From: the human T2T-CHM13v2.0 reference genome, Homo sapiens | Assembly (NCBI RefSeq): GCF_009914755.1 | Contig: NC_060936.1 | DNA length: 64,000 nucleotides | Direction: 5' to 3' (one strand) | Shown here: positions 47,996 to 60,576 of the stretch, piece after piece | Layout of the letters: the number at the start of each line of letters is the position of its first letter | Position numbering within the stretch: position 1 is the first letter of the stretch | Made by a program: the position numbers and the translations under genes | Notes under the pieces: model-generated | Told to the model about the DNA's origin: nothing | What the model saw: only the letters and a program-made list of their open reading frames with translations | Databases searched by the model: none

Positions 47996-50087
47996 AATAT
48001 CTAATAGCTTAATTCTACTAGAAATTAATCTACTTATTTATAATATAGAATTATAAAAACTTTATAGCGAGGGTCTGAACTGATCATATTAACAGAAATT
48101 TTTCAAAATGGTTAGGAATCATCCTTATACAATAACTACTTTCTCAATTTCTCTACTGTGCCACAAAAACCAAGCTATGCAAATAAAATCCATTAGAGCT
48201 CTACCAATCTAAAAGCAATTGAAAATTAGTATATTTTCTACATTTTTTTCTTTAACCTTTGCATTTGACTCAAATGAGTTTAAGGATTTTGTATTTTTAA
48301 TATTGTTTTTATTAAATCTGTTCTAGAAATAAATTTATCATCTCTGGAGAATAGTCTCTATTTTCAGACTATTTGTTGGACTAAACCAAGGTTGCACTGG
48401 TATTATTTCAGTAAAACTTCAAAACCTTACCAAAATCCTTTCAGGATACTTTAAGATTGAATTACATTTCAATAAATATTAATTACCCTAAGAAAGAAAA
48501 GAAAATTATAATATTCTTATTCTCTCATCCTTTTTTGTTTATTAGTTGGAATTCTATGAAGAGAAATTTGTCTTTACTCTGTAATAACTCTAAGGAAAGA
48601 ATGGAATAGAAAAGCTAGGATAAACACACAATTTCTCCCTAAATACCACTAGTTTTAAATCTATTAATATTTAAGTTGTGTTTAGAATTACTCCAAAGTG
48701 ACCATGTGATGTTTTAATAGTGTTTTTAACTCATAAATTTTGTGATTTTATATGTTTCAACCATTACTATTTTATATGTTTCAACCATTACAATTATTCT
48801 TACCGATGCTCAAACTTTCCTATATTTGATTAGCAGAAACCTGTTCAGGCTGGCTTCTGAATCCTATTGGCACAATGTAGTCTTCAAGGCATCCCAGCTC
48901 TTTTTTATGACAAGATATTCCAGGCCTATCTTATATCTTTACACCTGGTATTAGTCACATATCAAGGATCCATGGTGCTTTTATTTATGGTGCTAGTTGC
49001 ACTTATTACTACTTAGTTGATCATTGTTTCTAGACCTTTTCAGTGGAGAGAGCTAATACACACACACGTAGATATCTATATCTATCTATATCTATATCTG
49101 TATCTACATATCTCCTGTATATATGTATACATTTTTCCAGACTGAAAAACTCAACTCAAATTTGGGTATACAAAATATTCCCTAACCTCATTGGATCTTA
49201 TATTATAGATTATATTTAAAGCCATGACACCAGATAAGGTCATTAAGGAAGTAAATATAGACAGCAAAGAAGATATTCCACAGACTGAATTTTGGAATAT
49301 TCTAGCAATGAAGACTAAGAGCAAATGACCACTGAAGTAGGAGGAAAACCAGGGGTGTGTGGTGAAACCAAGTGAATAAAATGTATCAAAGAGAAGGGCA
49401 CATTAATGACATACAATTCTGCTAATACATCAATTAAAATGAGGTCTGGATATTGATCACTGGATTTATTAGTGTGAATGCCTTTAATGTTCTTGATGAA
49501 AATATTTGCATTGGAGTGGTAAAGGCAAAACCTGATTAGAGTTGGTGAAAAATGAACTGGAGGAGAGGAAATATATACAAGGAATGTGACTAAAGTTTGG
49601 GCTTAGAAACATGGACTGTAGGAGCAAGAAGGAAGACAGCTAATAGCAATGTACATTTGGGTAGAGAGTAGATGTCATGAGGACAGAGTATAATATTTCT
49701 CCTGATATTTCTGTTTAGTTAGTGAATTTCCTAGACAAGATCATCAGCTAATAATCAGGGTGCAGCCAGAAATGAAGATTTGAGAGAGGTAAAGTGATTG
49801 GGTCATTAAAAAGTATTACGTCTAGCAATGCCTCTATGACTCAGTGAGTTTAGTGGTTATAAATATAAAATAAGCCCTAAGGGCATGTTACTGAGTTGTT
49901 CTTCAATCACTTAAAACAGTGCGGATGCAAATACTAAGAAGAAAGAAAGTGGATTTATCTGAGGTGAGCTTTGCCTGGGAAGATCAATAAATTGAAAGAG
50001 AAACAGGAGAATTGAGGGTATACAGAAGGAAGTGATTAAAATAATTGCATGAAAAAATTCAAGTAAGGAGGAAAATGAAAATATGAG

Positions 50088-50529
50088 TGTACTGGCTTGA
50101 ATTGTGTCTCCCAAAAAGATATGAGGAAGTCCTAACCCCCGGTACCTGTGAATGTCACCTTTCCTGAAAAGAGAGTCTTAGCAGACCTTATCAAGTTAAG
50201 ATGAGGTCATGAGGGTGGTCCCCAGCCAAAGATGACTAGCGTTTTTTTAAGTACAGAGGACAGAGACATAAAGGGAGAAGATGGCCATGTGGTAACAGAA
50301 GCAGCTGTTGGAGTGATACACCTATAAAACAAGGAGTTCAGGCTGTCAGCAAACACCAGGAGGTGGAAGAGGTAAGGAGGATTCTTCCCTACAGGTCTCA
50401 GAGGGAGCATGGCTCTGCTGACACCTTGATTTTTGACTTCTGGCCTCCAAAAGTGTGAGACAATAAAGTTCTGTTTTAGGTCACTCAGCTTGTAGTACTT
50501 TGTTAGTGCAGTCTTAGGAAATGCATTCA
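50088..50529 (+). mobile_element. MLT1 (MLT1C-like) solo LTR, about 1.4 kb upstream of the SLCO1C1 TATA box
   Basis: MLT1 motifs gctctgctgacaccttgattttgacttctggcctcca and gagacaataaa. Confidence 0.85.
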
Positions 50530-51229
50530 TTTATATGTTGTCTGTGGTTAATTTACCACCAGAATGGCAGAGGTGAGTGGTTGTGATAGAGATTGCATGG
50601 TCCTACAAAACCTAAAATATTTCTTATTTGTCCCTTTATAGAAGTTTGTTAACTCCCTCATCTAGAGTTTGGAAATGGGAATGAAAGGCTGAAGTAGGCT
50701 ACAATCCAATGCAAGGTTGCACATAAGAAGCTCTGAATAAGTGTAAACATTATGTGCATTCAAAACAGTAACATTAACTGTGGACTCTGGAAATAAGAAA
50801 AGGAATCGTGTTGGAGAGTGAGACTGAGCCAGTTGGGAATAGACAAAATTACATTCTCAAGGGAGAATTTCATTTCTTGGTGAGGAAAATTATGCCCTTT
50901 GGGCTGGTAAATACTGTCTCCTCTTGAATAAAACAGTGGTCTGGCCACCTGTTAGACACTGAGAAGTCTAGACTAACACTCAATGTATTCGGATGTTTGC
51001 TCACTATTTCCGATGGAAAAGTCTGGTTTGATTGTTAAAGTAAAATATTTGGCCTTTCAGAGTGTGAAAACACCATTGCTTCATTGCAAGGTTTAATATA
51101 AACCCATTTTTCTTGCATTTTCTTTTCTTTCTTTTGTAGTAAAATGTGCTTGAATAATATTAACTATTCTGACCATTATGTGAACTAAATATATATATAT
51201 ATAAAATGATGATACCTTCCGCTCATTTG

Positions 51230-51400
51230 CAATGTGCTTTTGAATACATTATATAATTTAATCCTTAAAACAGCCCTATAAATCTGTTTTTTTTTTTTTA
51301 AACAAAAAAATTCTGCTTTACAAAGGAAGAAGTTGAGACTCAGTAAAATTAAGTGACCATCCCAGAGTCTCAGCCACTTAAGAGTAGGGTGAATCTTGGA
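51230..51400 (-). mobile_element. MIR remnant
   Basis: ttacaaaggaagaagttgagactcag...aagtgaccatcccagagtc. Confidence 0.6.
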
Positions 51401-51886
51401 TAATTCTGGTAGCAAATTTATTTATTGGTAGAAAATAAATGCAAACTACTACTGCTTAAGATCCTCTAAAGTTTTTCTCTTGGAAAAAGAATGTATTAGA
51501 ATTGTGGACTTTCTCAGTGCAAGGATTTATTTATCCTTGGAATTAGGCAGAATAAACAATTGAATGCCAAAAATTCAACGTGTTTCTTTTCTGTTTTCAA
51601 AACTCATAGAAATTGTAAATATGAGCAACTGATCATGTCTCTGAGAATTAACTCTTTTTGTACAGAGCGCTGCAGAGCTTTGATTGTGACCTGATACTTG
51701 GTCCTTAAAGATTCTAGAACACCAATGGAAAAGAAAACCATGTAGCAAATTAGCCCAAGAACCGTTAAAGACAAAACAAAACAAACCAAAACCAAAACAC
51801 ACAAACAAAGAAAACACAAGGATCCCAGTGATGTCCCTAAGGAATAGTTGGCTTAAAAACTTTCTGGAAGGAGGAGGGGTCTCTGT

Positions 51887-51901
51887 TATAAACTTCCGCC
51901 C
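51887..51901 (+). promoter_or_regulatory. SLCO1C1: SLCO1C1 core promoter: TATAAA with adjacent ETS (ACTTCCG) and GC-box (CCGCCC) motifs
   Basis: TATAAA at 51887-51892, about 500 nt upstream of the exon 1 donor; implies a TSS near 51915-51925. Confidence 0.6.
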
Positions 51902-51919
51902 TCCTCTGGCTTCTGTTCC

Positions 51920-52393
51920 TTACCCTCTGCCCCCTGCGGAGTTGTGTTTTCTGGGAATCAGCAAGTAAGATCACAAGTGGTCTTTTCTTTTATTCACTCT
52001 CTCCCATAAAGAAAGCTTTATCACGTGTGGCCTTAAACTTGCAGCAAATTGCAAAGAAATGGCTCAAAAGCTTCAGCTCTTTCTGTGCCCTGGGAGCTGA
52101 GATGCACGTCAGTGGCCTTGCCAGCGTGGCCAATTCTCTGCTGACTGCCAGAAAAAAGAGGCCAGGAAGAAAGAGGAAAGAGAAGAGATCGCTCAGGGGT
52201 GAGACCATGCCCTTCATCTTTTCTTTTCCCTAATCTCCTCTGCTTGTGTCCACCCACACTCTCCCCACCTGGCAAAATTGTTCAAAATTGCTGTGGAGTT
52301 TACCTCAGTTTCCTCTTTCAGTCTGTGGTGTGTGGTCCATCCTCTTGCTGAGCACATTGAAAGGAACTGGCTATCTTTGATCTCTTCCTCCAG
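51920..52393 (+). other. SLCO1C1: SLCO1C1 non-coding exon 1 (5' UTR); start approximate
   Basis: Strong donor CAG|GTAAGA at 52393/52394, downstream of the TATA box and upstream of the ATG exon. Confidence 0.7.
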
Positions 52394-52569
52394 GTAAGAC
52401 TTGGTTCTCTCATTTTATATTTTGTGACTAATACATCAGATTCTTATGGGAGATTAACCCTTAATTTCTGTGCGATTTATGTTTTATCCATAAAAATATC
52501 AGTGAAAGGTGATGATCCCCTCATTAGTTTGATGGAAATAAGAGAGAAGATTGGTTAAAGAAATCAGAT

Positions 52570-52750
52570 AAACTCAAATTTGAGTTCAAATTTTGAGTCT
52601 CATGCTTATAAATTGTTTAGCTTTTGACAAGTCACTTAATTGCTTTGGGCCATCTAATTTAAAAAATGGAATTCTAATATTACGTTTGTTGGGTTGTTTT
52701 AAGGATTAGAAAAAGTACATACATTACTCAACACAAAAATAGTACTTATT
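52570..52750 (+). mobile_element. MIR remnant
   Basis: gagttcaaat...ttgacaagtcacttaa...aaaatggaat...ttgttttaaggattag. Confidence 0.6.
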
Positions 52751-55700
52751 AAATCTGAATCTGACACAGATAATTTGTATTAGGTGAGAAATTAGTTTCT
52801 AAACAACACACACTCCTCTGCAGCAAGTGCCGTGAGGCTATTTTTTAGTTTGTCTGAAGGGAGGCATCCTGGTGTCCAGAAGTCAAGCCAGGACAGAGGT
52901 TTTCCTCACAGGAGATGGCCAAGAGAAGAGAGGGAGGAGCGTGGTTGCCTTTAGGACTTTCTCTGTGGCAGTCCTTGGGGACTGATTGCTGGACAGAGTC
53001 CGAGTCAGTTGCAGAGCAGAGGGGTTGAGTACATCTGCGGGATCTAACTACAACCTTCCTAAGCCACTTGCTCTCTCCATTTAAAATCTGGAGGGCTGAT
53101 TTTGAAACTAATGAGGACTGATTATTCAATGTTTTTGAACCAAAGGAAGAGAAACTGCTTGGCTTGTTTTTCTTTGGCCTCCAGAATAAGTTATGCTCCA
53201 AACCCAGGGTATTGGATGAAAACTGTCGTATGTCTTTTCCTGGAAGAATCTATTCAAGTGGCCAGAGATCAATTAAGGATTTGCCAAATGCAAATAATTC
53301 TGAATAACTGTGTACTCTTGCTCTACTTCTGCAGTTGCAAATGAAGAGAGAGAGCCTGCAGGCCCCAAGGATCTTTCCGTTCATGTCATTGAGCTTCCTT
53401 CCCTCTCTTTTTACAGGGGATGAACTGTAGCCTCCTTGGAACATACTACACTTGCAATAATTTGCGCATTAACCATCAAGACACTTCAGTAAAGCTATGC
53501 AGTGCCAATAGTTTAAGCTGGATCCTATTTTGCCCTAACACAAAGTGAACTGAGATGACTATATTTATATTTCATTATACTTTTGAATTTTAGTTACAGT
53601 GATTTTTGTGTCAACACCTCCATATATTAGATAACTTAAAATGTGCTATAGTATCTCAAGTTTTTCAGTAGTGTTTTTAACATAATTATTTTTTCTCTTT
53701 GACATTAGCATTCTAGATGTAACACTTTGGATCTTTTAAAGATAAATTTAGGATAAATGATAGCAGATTTTATTATTAAACAATTTATTTGTATTTTCTG
53801 GTCACTGACTTTAATATTATGACTGATGAGAAATAATATGATATCTGAATCCCCAAAAACAGAAGGCCAATTTGAATTATATAATTTAATCCTTTGAAGA
53901 ATATTGCAATTTAAGCCAGAAATTTAATAATTATCCGTTTCTTATTTTAAAACCTTTCTGGTTTGTATATCTCTTGCTTGGCAATATTTTTACTCATAGT
54001 TTTGTAGTAAAGATACCTATTTAACATTGTATAACTCTGCATTTCCCAAACCCTGTTTTCCTTGTCCTGGCAAAATACTGTTCTAGAAAAGTAGTCCTAG
54101 TGACTCAGTAGATATAGGAAGTTGGCTGTTGGTATCAGATACTGTTAAGGAAGAATCTCTATATTCTTCATTTCTTAAACTTTGTTTTTTAAATCAGTAA
54201 TAGATGTCGAATTTTATCAACTGATGTTTTTCATGTAATGAAATTCTATTTTTTATTTTGAATTATTCATGTGGTAATTTAGGTGAATAAATTTCCTGTA
54301 ATTAACCAATTGTTGCATCTTTTAGAATAATTCTAATCATAGAGCAAGAGTTAATTTGGATTTGCTAGCATTTACTTAGAATTTTTATAATCTATGGGCT
54401 TGATCTGAAGTTTTCCTTTCTGTGCTATCTTTGTGCTGTTTTGTTACCAAGATAATGTTATTTTTGTCAAACTAATGGAGACAATGATTATCTGTTTCCA
54501 TTATCGGCTATCTTTCCTCAAAGAATATCCCTTGATAAAGCACTTCTGGTGCATCATCTATCCTTAGTATCTTTGTTTAGGGAATAGTTTCAGAGTATTT
54601 TTGATAATGTCTTTCTTGGCTATTTTCTCTTCTGGTTTTTATCAATATAGGTAATGAATATTTGCTAGAAACTTATCCATTAAGTCAAGATATTAAACTT
54701 ACTTCAACATTCGATGCATCTTTTTATGTTTTATACTCCTAAATATCTGTGTTTTATCTCATTAATATTATGTATTTATATCTTTGTTTTTTGTCTTGAT
54801 TAACATTATTAGCTCTTTGTTTTGCTTATTTTTTGTTTTTAAATTTTTCTCTTTCACTCACTCTTCTTTTTCAATTAAAAAATTAAAGTTATGAATGCTT
54901 ATAAAATGAATCCAAAAGCCTAATAATAATTTTTTTGAAACCAGACCCTTGTCTCATCCTTTCCTTTAGTCAATTCCCACTCCCTAGAGGAATCCACTTA
55001 ATTTTTAAATTGTTGAAGTCCTCTGATGTTTTAACTTCATATTATTAATACAAAGCAAATCGTTTATACTATTACTTGATTTTTCAGTTTGAGAAAGTAT
55101 GAATTGAAATGGTGAGGGATGAGGTTTAGTGAACACAAAACAAGCATTGCATAAAGTCAAGGTGATATACTCAGTCAGAATAGATTTCTGCCACAATACA
55201 TGAAATTTGACTCCTAACATTATTCCTTTAGGAATAACATTATTCCACTCCTATTATGTGGATATAGAAGTCCTCTATTAATGTACAATTGGGTCATCTG
55301 ATAATATTAGGGAGATTGAGAAATACTTTGTTTGTTGAATTCCTTGATTTAGGTTAGATTATCAGGCAGGCACTGAGCCATGTGGAATCCTAAAGAAGTA
55401 GGGGCACAGGATATGTAAATATTGATGTGAACAGGGAGAAAATAGGTTCAGTGTGTGATCCTGTCCTGTGAGGGGCGGTGGGAAATTGAGCATGGGAAGC
55501 AAGGCTGTCTTTTTTACTTTAAGGCTGATCAAAGACTGTTCTTTCACCTGAATTAAATCTAAGGCACAAATCATGTTGCTCCCTTATTTATCAAACAAAA
55601 ACAATACACAAATTGGACCTCTTCTTTTTTGTCATATTTTAAGGCTCACATTGGGTGCTACAGGAATCATAAGGTGGTACAGGGACCTATAATGAATGTA

Positions 55701-56162
55701 AAACTTCTATTTGTTTTGCTAAGAAGATAGATTTAAAAGCTTTAAAGACTTTATCCTAATGAATCAATATTCAAATAGTTGAATTCCTCTTCTTCCTTTC
55801 CTGCTTGCTCCTAGTTTAAACTGGCAAGACCACAAAGTTAGCAAAATTCTGCCTCATTATTTATTCCAAAGGCAACACTTAAATTTATTCTTTGCCATAA
55901 TGAGGCTTAAACTGGGCAGATTGAGAAAGAATGCTGGCTACAGAGTTCCAATAGCAGGATTAGTTAATCAGAGATCCTGGTTGATTTTAATTGAAAACAT
56001 TTGCCAACTTACTGTGACAACAAAAGGTAGATTCACTTTAAATTGCGTCTATAGAATTGTGGTATACTGTTGAATAAAAAAATTTAATAAATTGCGTAGT
56101 ATTTATTTATTTTTACTTTAAAAACTAACTTTGACAGATCAGAGTCAAGGAATGTGTTTATA

Positions 56163-56291
56163 ATGGACACTTCATCCAAAGAAAATATCCAGTTGTTCTG
56201 CAAAACTTCAGTGCAACCTGTTGGAAGGCCTTCTTTTAAAACAGAATATCCCTCCTCAGAAGAAAAGCAACCATGCTGTGGTGAACTAAAG
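56163..56291 (+). CDS. SLCO1C1: SLCO1C1 first coding exon (exon starts at 56138): [43 protein letters not shown]
   Basis: Branch-point-like ACTAAC and gacag acceptor, ataATGg Kozak context, AAG|GTAGAG donor; recognised OATP1C1 N-terminus. Confidence 0.93.
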
Positions 56292-57026
56292 GTAGAGCAA
56301 CCAAGAAGTAAATAGTGTTGATGCTCTTAGTTTTCTGTCCAGATATCATCTATATAATGAAGTTAGAATGAGAATTGTTTTCTCCTTTAAAAAAAAAAAA
56401 AGATCTTAGATGCAATTTACTAAAACCACACCTTGCCAGGCGGTGCAAGCAATCTCTACCTGACCATGTGGGTTAAATTACTTTCCTGGGCTCATTTAAA
56501 TGCCCCCCCAAACAGAAAAGAGAGAAATAGTAGAAACTAGTATTTATTGAACTTCTGCCATGTGCCAGATATTAAGCCAAGCACAGATATAACATTTAAT
56601 TTGTGAAACATCACATTACTCCCATTTTGCAAATAAAAATGGGAATAATGTTACAGAGTAGGGAGAAGAGTTGCTATTTTTTTTTTTAGGATTGTTGTAT
56701 CAAACAATAGTTTTTAGTTTTTTGAGGAACCTCCATACTATTATATTTTCCAAAGAGACTACATCAACTTATGTAACCACTAACCATGTACAAAGATTCC
56801 CTTTTCTTTACATTCTAACCAGTTTTTATTTTTTGTTATAGCCAACAGATGTGAAGTGATATGTCATAAAGATTTTTATTTGCATCTCCATAATGACTAG
56901 TGATGTTGAGCACCTTTTTCATATACCTGTTGGCCATGCCTTCTTTTAAGTAATGTCTATTTAGATTATTTGCCCATTGTTAAAATCATGCTATTTTTCT
57001 TTGCTATTTAGTGATAGAAGTTTCTT

Positions 57027-57198
57027 TTTTTTAATTATTTTTTAATTATTATACTTTAAGTTCTAGGGTACATGTGCACACGTGCAGGTTTGTTACATAC
57101 GTATACATGTGCCATGTTGGTGTGCTGCACCCGTTAACTCGTCATTTACATTAGGTATATCTCCTAATGCTGTCCCTCCCCGCTCCCCCAACCCCCCG
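57027..57198 (-). mobile_element. Short L1PA 3' end, inserted at the end of an older L1M piece (about 56690-57020)
   Basis: L1PA 3' UTR; TSD-like atag(aa/tt)gtttctt followed by aa. Confidence 0.88.
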
Positions 57199-57902
57199 AG
57201 AATAGTTGTTTCTTAAGGGATGCTTTGTGTGCTCCTATTCTTTCTTTATACAAATATTCACTCAACAAATCTCTGCTTTTTTCATATAAATGCTAACCTT
57301 CCCTATGAATGTTCTATCACAGACCCATGTCTATCAAAATATATAAGCTAGATATCAAAGACATGTTTTCCATTGAGAAAAATATTTGACTATGAATTTA
57401 ATAAGTATAAACATAAACACAAGGAATAATAGTTGCACTTTTTCAGTCTGTACATTATGTTCCCGGCTGGTGCATGCACCACCCTGTGAAATACATAATC
57501 CCAAGTGCTGGACTTGTTATAGGATGTCAAGTGTTTGGCTTATGGTTTCATTTACTTTCTTACCAATGAATGTCTCACCATACACTGACTCTTCAATGTA
57601 AGACTCCTTTGAGTGCCCCTCTGGAGCAGAGTGGAAGAAGACAAAAGATAATTCAATACACATTTCGCATAAAAACCAAATATATATTTTAAATTCCAAG
57701 AGAATTTGAACTGTTGAAAACTTACAGTGCTTAAGGCTGATGGAAACCTCGAACAGTGTTTGAATTAAAGTTTCAGTGATAATAAAGTTGATATTATACA
57801 TTGTTCTTTGTTGTTTGTTTTGTATTTGTTTGTCTATTTACTTAGTTTCCAATTGTGTGTCAAGCTGGAGTCAGACTAAGTGTGACCTGTCATATTTTCC
57901 AG

Positions 57903-58044
57903 GTGTTCTTGTGTGCCTTGTCTTTTGTTTACTTTGCCAAAGCATTGGCAGAAGGCTATCTGAAGAGCACCATCACTCAGATAGAGAGAAGGTTTGATAT
58001 CCCTTCTTCACTGGTGGGAGTTATTGATGGTAGTTTTGAAATTG
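57903..58044 (+). CDS. SLCO1C1: SLCO1C1 exon: [47 protein letters not shown](G)
   Basis: ttccag acceptor, GTAGGT donor; OATP motifs IERRF and GSFEIG; 142 nt. Confidence 0.96.
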
Positions 58045-59029
58045 GTAGGTATTACAGATGCCTGACTTTAATTTTAAGCCCAAGATCTTCTAGGTGTGGC
58101 TAAAGAACACCTTCTGCATTCTATTGTCTGCTGGGATCAGACTCTATTCATAAAATCTTTTTTTTTTTTTTTTTGGACAGAATTTACCATGATCTTATTC
58201 TACAGGAGAGGCAATTTTCTCAGAGCAATCAACAGTAAATTTTTCTCCCCAGGTGTTTGGTATTGTATGGTTCACACAATTCAGAGTTCTACATCAGAGT
58301 AAGTGACTTTCTTGGAGGAAAGGGTGAGATGCTAATTGGTATTTTGAGTTATAAATATGTAGAAGTATCTTTACAGAAGAACAATACACCCTGGGAGCAC
58401 TATGATTCAATTTTAGAGGTGTGGAATAATCCAAATGCGCTCTACAAGAATTTACTGCAATGATGAATAGAAGTTACATCATAAAAGGGATTTTTCCACC
58501 CAGTGGTCTAGAAAGAAGAATAAAGGGATTCTATTACCAAGAACACAAGATCAGAGCAGGCAATAAAAATTCAAATCTCAGGTGCCTTTGGTTAGCAATT
58601 GACTACAGACTCCTTAGAAATTAAAAAGATCGAGTAATTTGAGTCACTGTTTTAGAAGTAATTTAAAGAGGATAATCCTAGTTAGTCTGCTTCCTGAATT
58701 GATAAACTAAAAGGCTTTAATTTTTTGCTGAAGTAAACGAAATAGTACCCTCTCTGGTCCTTAAGGCTTGTTTAGATTCAGATATACACCATAGTAAAAC
58801 CTCTAACTGCTCCAATTTTAGCTTTACCTGGTGAACTTTCAGAAAAGTGAATAAATATTTTTCAACTCTTTAACAATTTATTTCTTTTCGTACATACTAT
58901 GTGTTTTGGTTCTTACTCTGAATATCACAGAAAAAATAAAATGAATAAGTAACCTTTTGCCTTCAGGCATTTGCTTCCCAAATTCATCTTTTGTCATCCT
59001 TCCAGAATGACATTTCTTAGTGCCAAATT

Positions 59030-59180
59030 TTAATGTCCACACAAATAACTGGGCAATCTTTTAAAAATCTTTTTTTAAAACCTGAATTGGTAGGAACAGG
59101 ATAAAATTCTGCATTTCTAATAAGCTCCTAAATGATACTGATGCTTCTAGTCAGTAGATCACATTTTGTGTAGCAGGTTT
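59030..59180. mobile_element. MER5-type hAT MITE (a second copy lies at about 61520-61720)
   Basis: tctgcatttctaataagctcc..atgatactgatgc motif. Confidence 0.55.
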
Positions 59181-60532
59181 CCAAAACATCTGATCACATC
59201 AATCTTTTATGTAATTTGCTTAGATTGGCCCGGATGGTTGATTTATTCCTTGAGCCCTGTTCTACTGATGGCCCTGCACTGAGTGAAGGGCCAAAGAGAA
59301 TCAAGGTAAAGGGTGATACATTATATCATGAGAGAAAAACAAGGAGAAAGAGGTAACTGGTGCAGATAAAAGAATAGAGCAGATATGAGCAGGCAAAACA
59401 TTATATATCATGACGTTTTGATGTTTTTCTCACTCTAGATTATTATATAAAAATATTTTAGAGCTGAAGAGGCATAGAAATGATTTGGTCCAAAGTTTTG
59501 TTTGGGCTCCCAGGTCCTGATGCAACTTGAGAGACAAAGTTTATATTTGATAGAGAGAGTATACTAAGTTTTCACAGGAAGTAGCAGAAAACCATGACTC
59601 CAAATTCACATTAATTCTTCCAGACCATTCTAGGTATATAAATTATTTATTGGATTGGATGCCTTAAAATGGCTTAAAAGTTCTCTTACTTCCATTGAAA
59701 ACCTTTATCCCAAACATCACAGGTTTGCCCTAATTATTTGAGTTACATAAATTTCCAGACAAATGACTTCGCTGAACATAATCTTAATTTACTTCTTTTG
59801 CCTCTTTTTGCATTCCTTCTTTTCAAGATTCTAGAACAAATATCATCCTCCGTCTTTATGTTATTTGTATGTGGCAACTTTGTTGAAATTCTATTAGTTT
59901 TAATTGATTTTCCATGGAAACTGTAGAGTTTTGTGGACAAATTGTCTAAAACAAAATATAATTTCGTATCTTTCTTTGCAACTCTTAGATTTTTGTTGTT
60001 GTTGTTATTACCTTATTACATTAGCCTCAGAACTGTGTTGAAGAGAAGCATTTACAATGGACATCTTTCTCTTGTGTTTGACCTTGATGCAAATACTTTT
60101 AAAATTTTAGTATTAAGCAATATGCTTGCTTTGTGGTTTTGATAGATACACTTTAAAAGCTGGTTTGCTCAGATTTGTTTTTTCCTAACATAAATCAATG
60201 GTTAATTTTATTTAGTACTTTTACAGTGCCTATTAAGTTAACCATGGAATTATTCCCCTTCCATTTGTTATATAGGGATTTAATTAATAATTTATTGTTA
60301 GTTGGTGGTACTCTTGTACTACTATAATGAACTGCGCTTGGTTGGGATATTTTTATTTGTATATACTATTCCGTTTGCTAATAATTTGTTTAGGATTTTT
60401 ACATCTATCTTCATAATCAAGTTTGGGCTCTAATTGTCTTTTCTTATATTGTCCTTGTCCAGTTTTGGTTTTAAGAAAATAGTAGTCTTACAAGATGAAT
60501 TGAGTAGCTTTCTTTTTTTTCTGTTATCTCGA

Positions 60533-60534
60533 GT

Positions 60535-60575
<41 letters not shown>
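60533..60575. repeat. (GT)n microsatellite
   Basis: Read directly from the sequence. Confidence 0.95.

Positions 60576-60576
<1 letters not shown>

Noticed and set aside
51687-51705. Thyroid hormone response element in the SLCO1C1 promoter
   Set aside because: TGACCT and GGTCCT half-sites are spaced by 7 nt, which is not DR4, IR0 or ER6
52845-53201. 118-aa antisense ORF in SLCO1C1 intron 1
   Set aside because: TTG start and no homology recognised; the locally higher GC content is better explained as regulatory or repeat-derived sequence
57903-57908. Second regenerated donor at an SLCO1C1 junction (AAG|GTGTTC)
   Set aside because: Poor match to U1 at positions +4 to +6, unlike the PDE3A case
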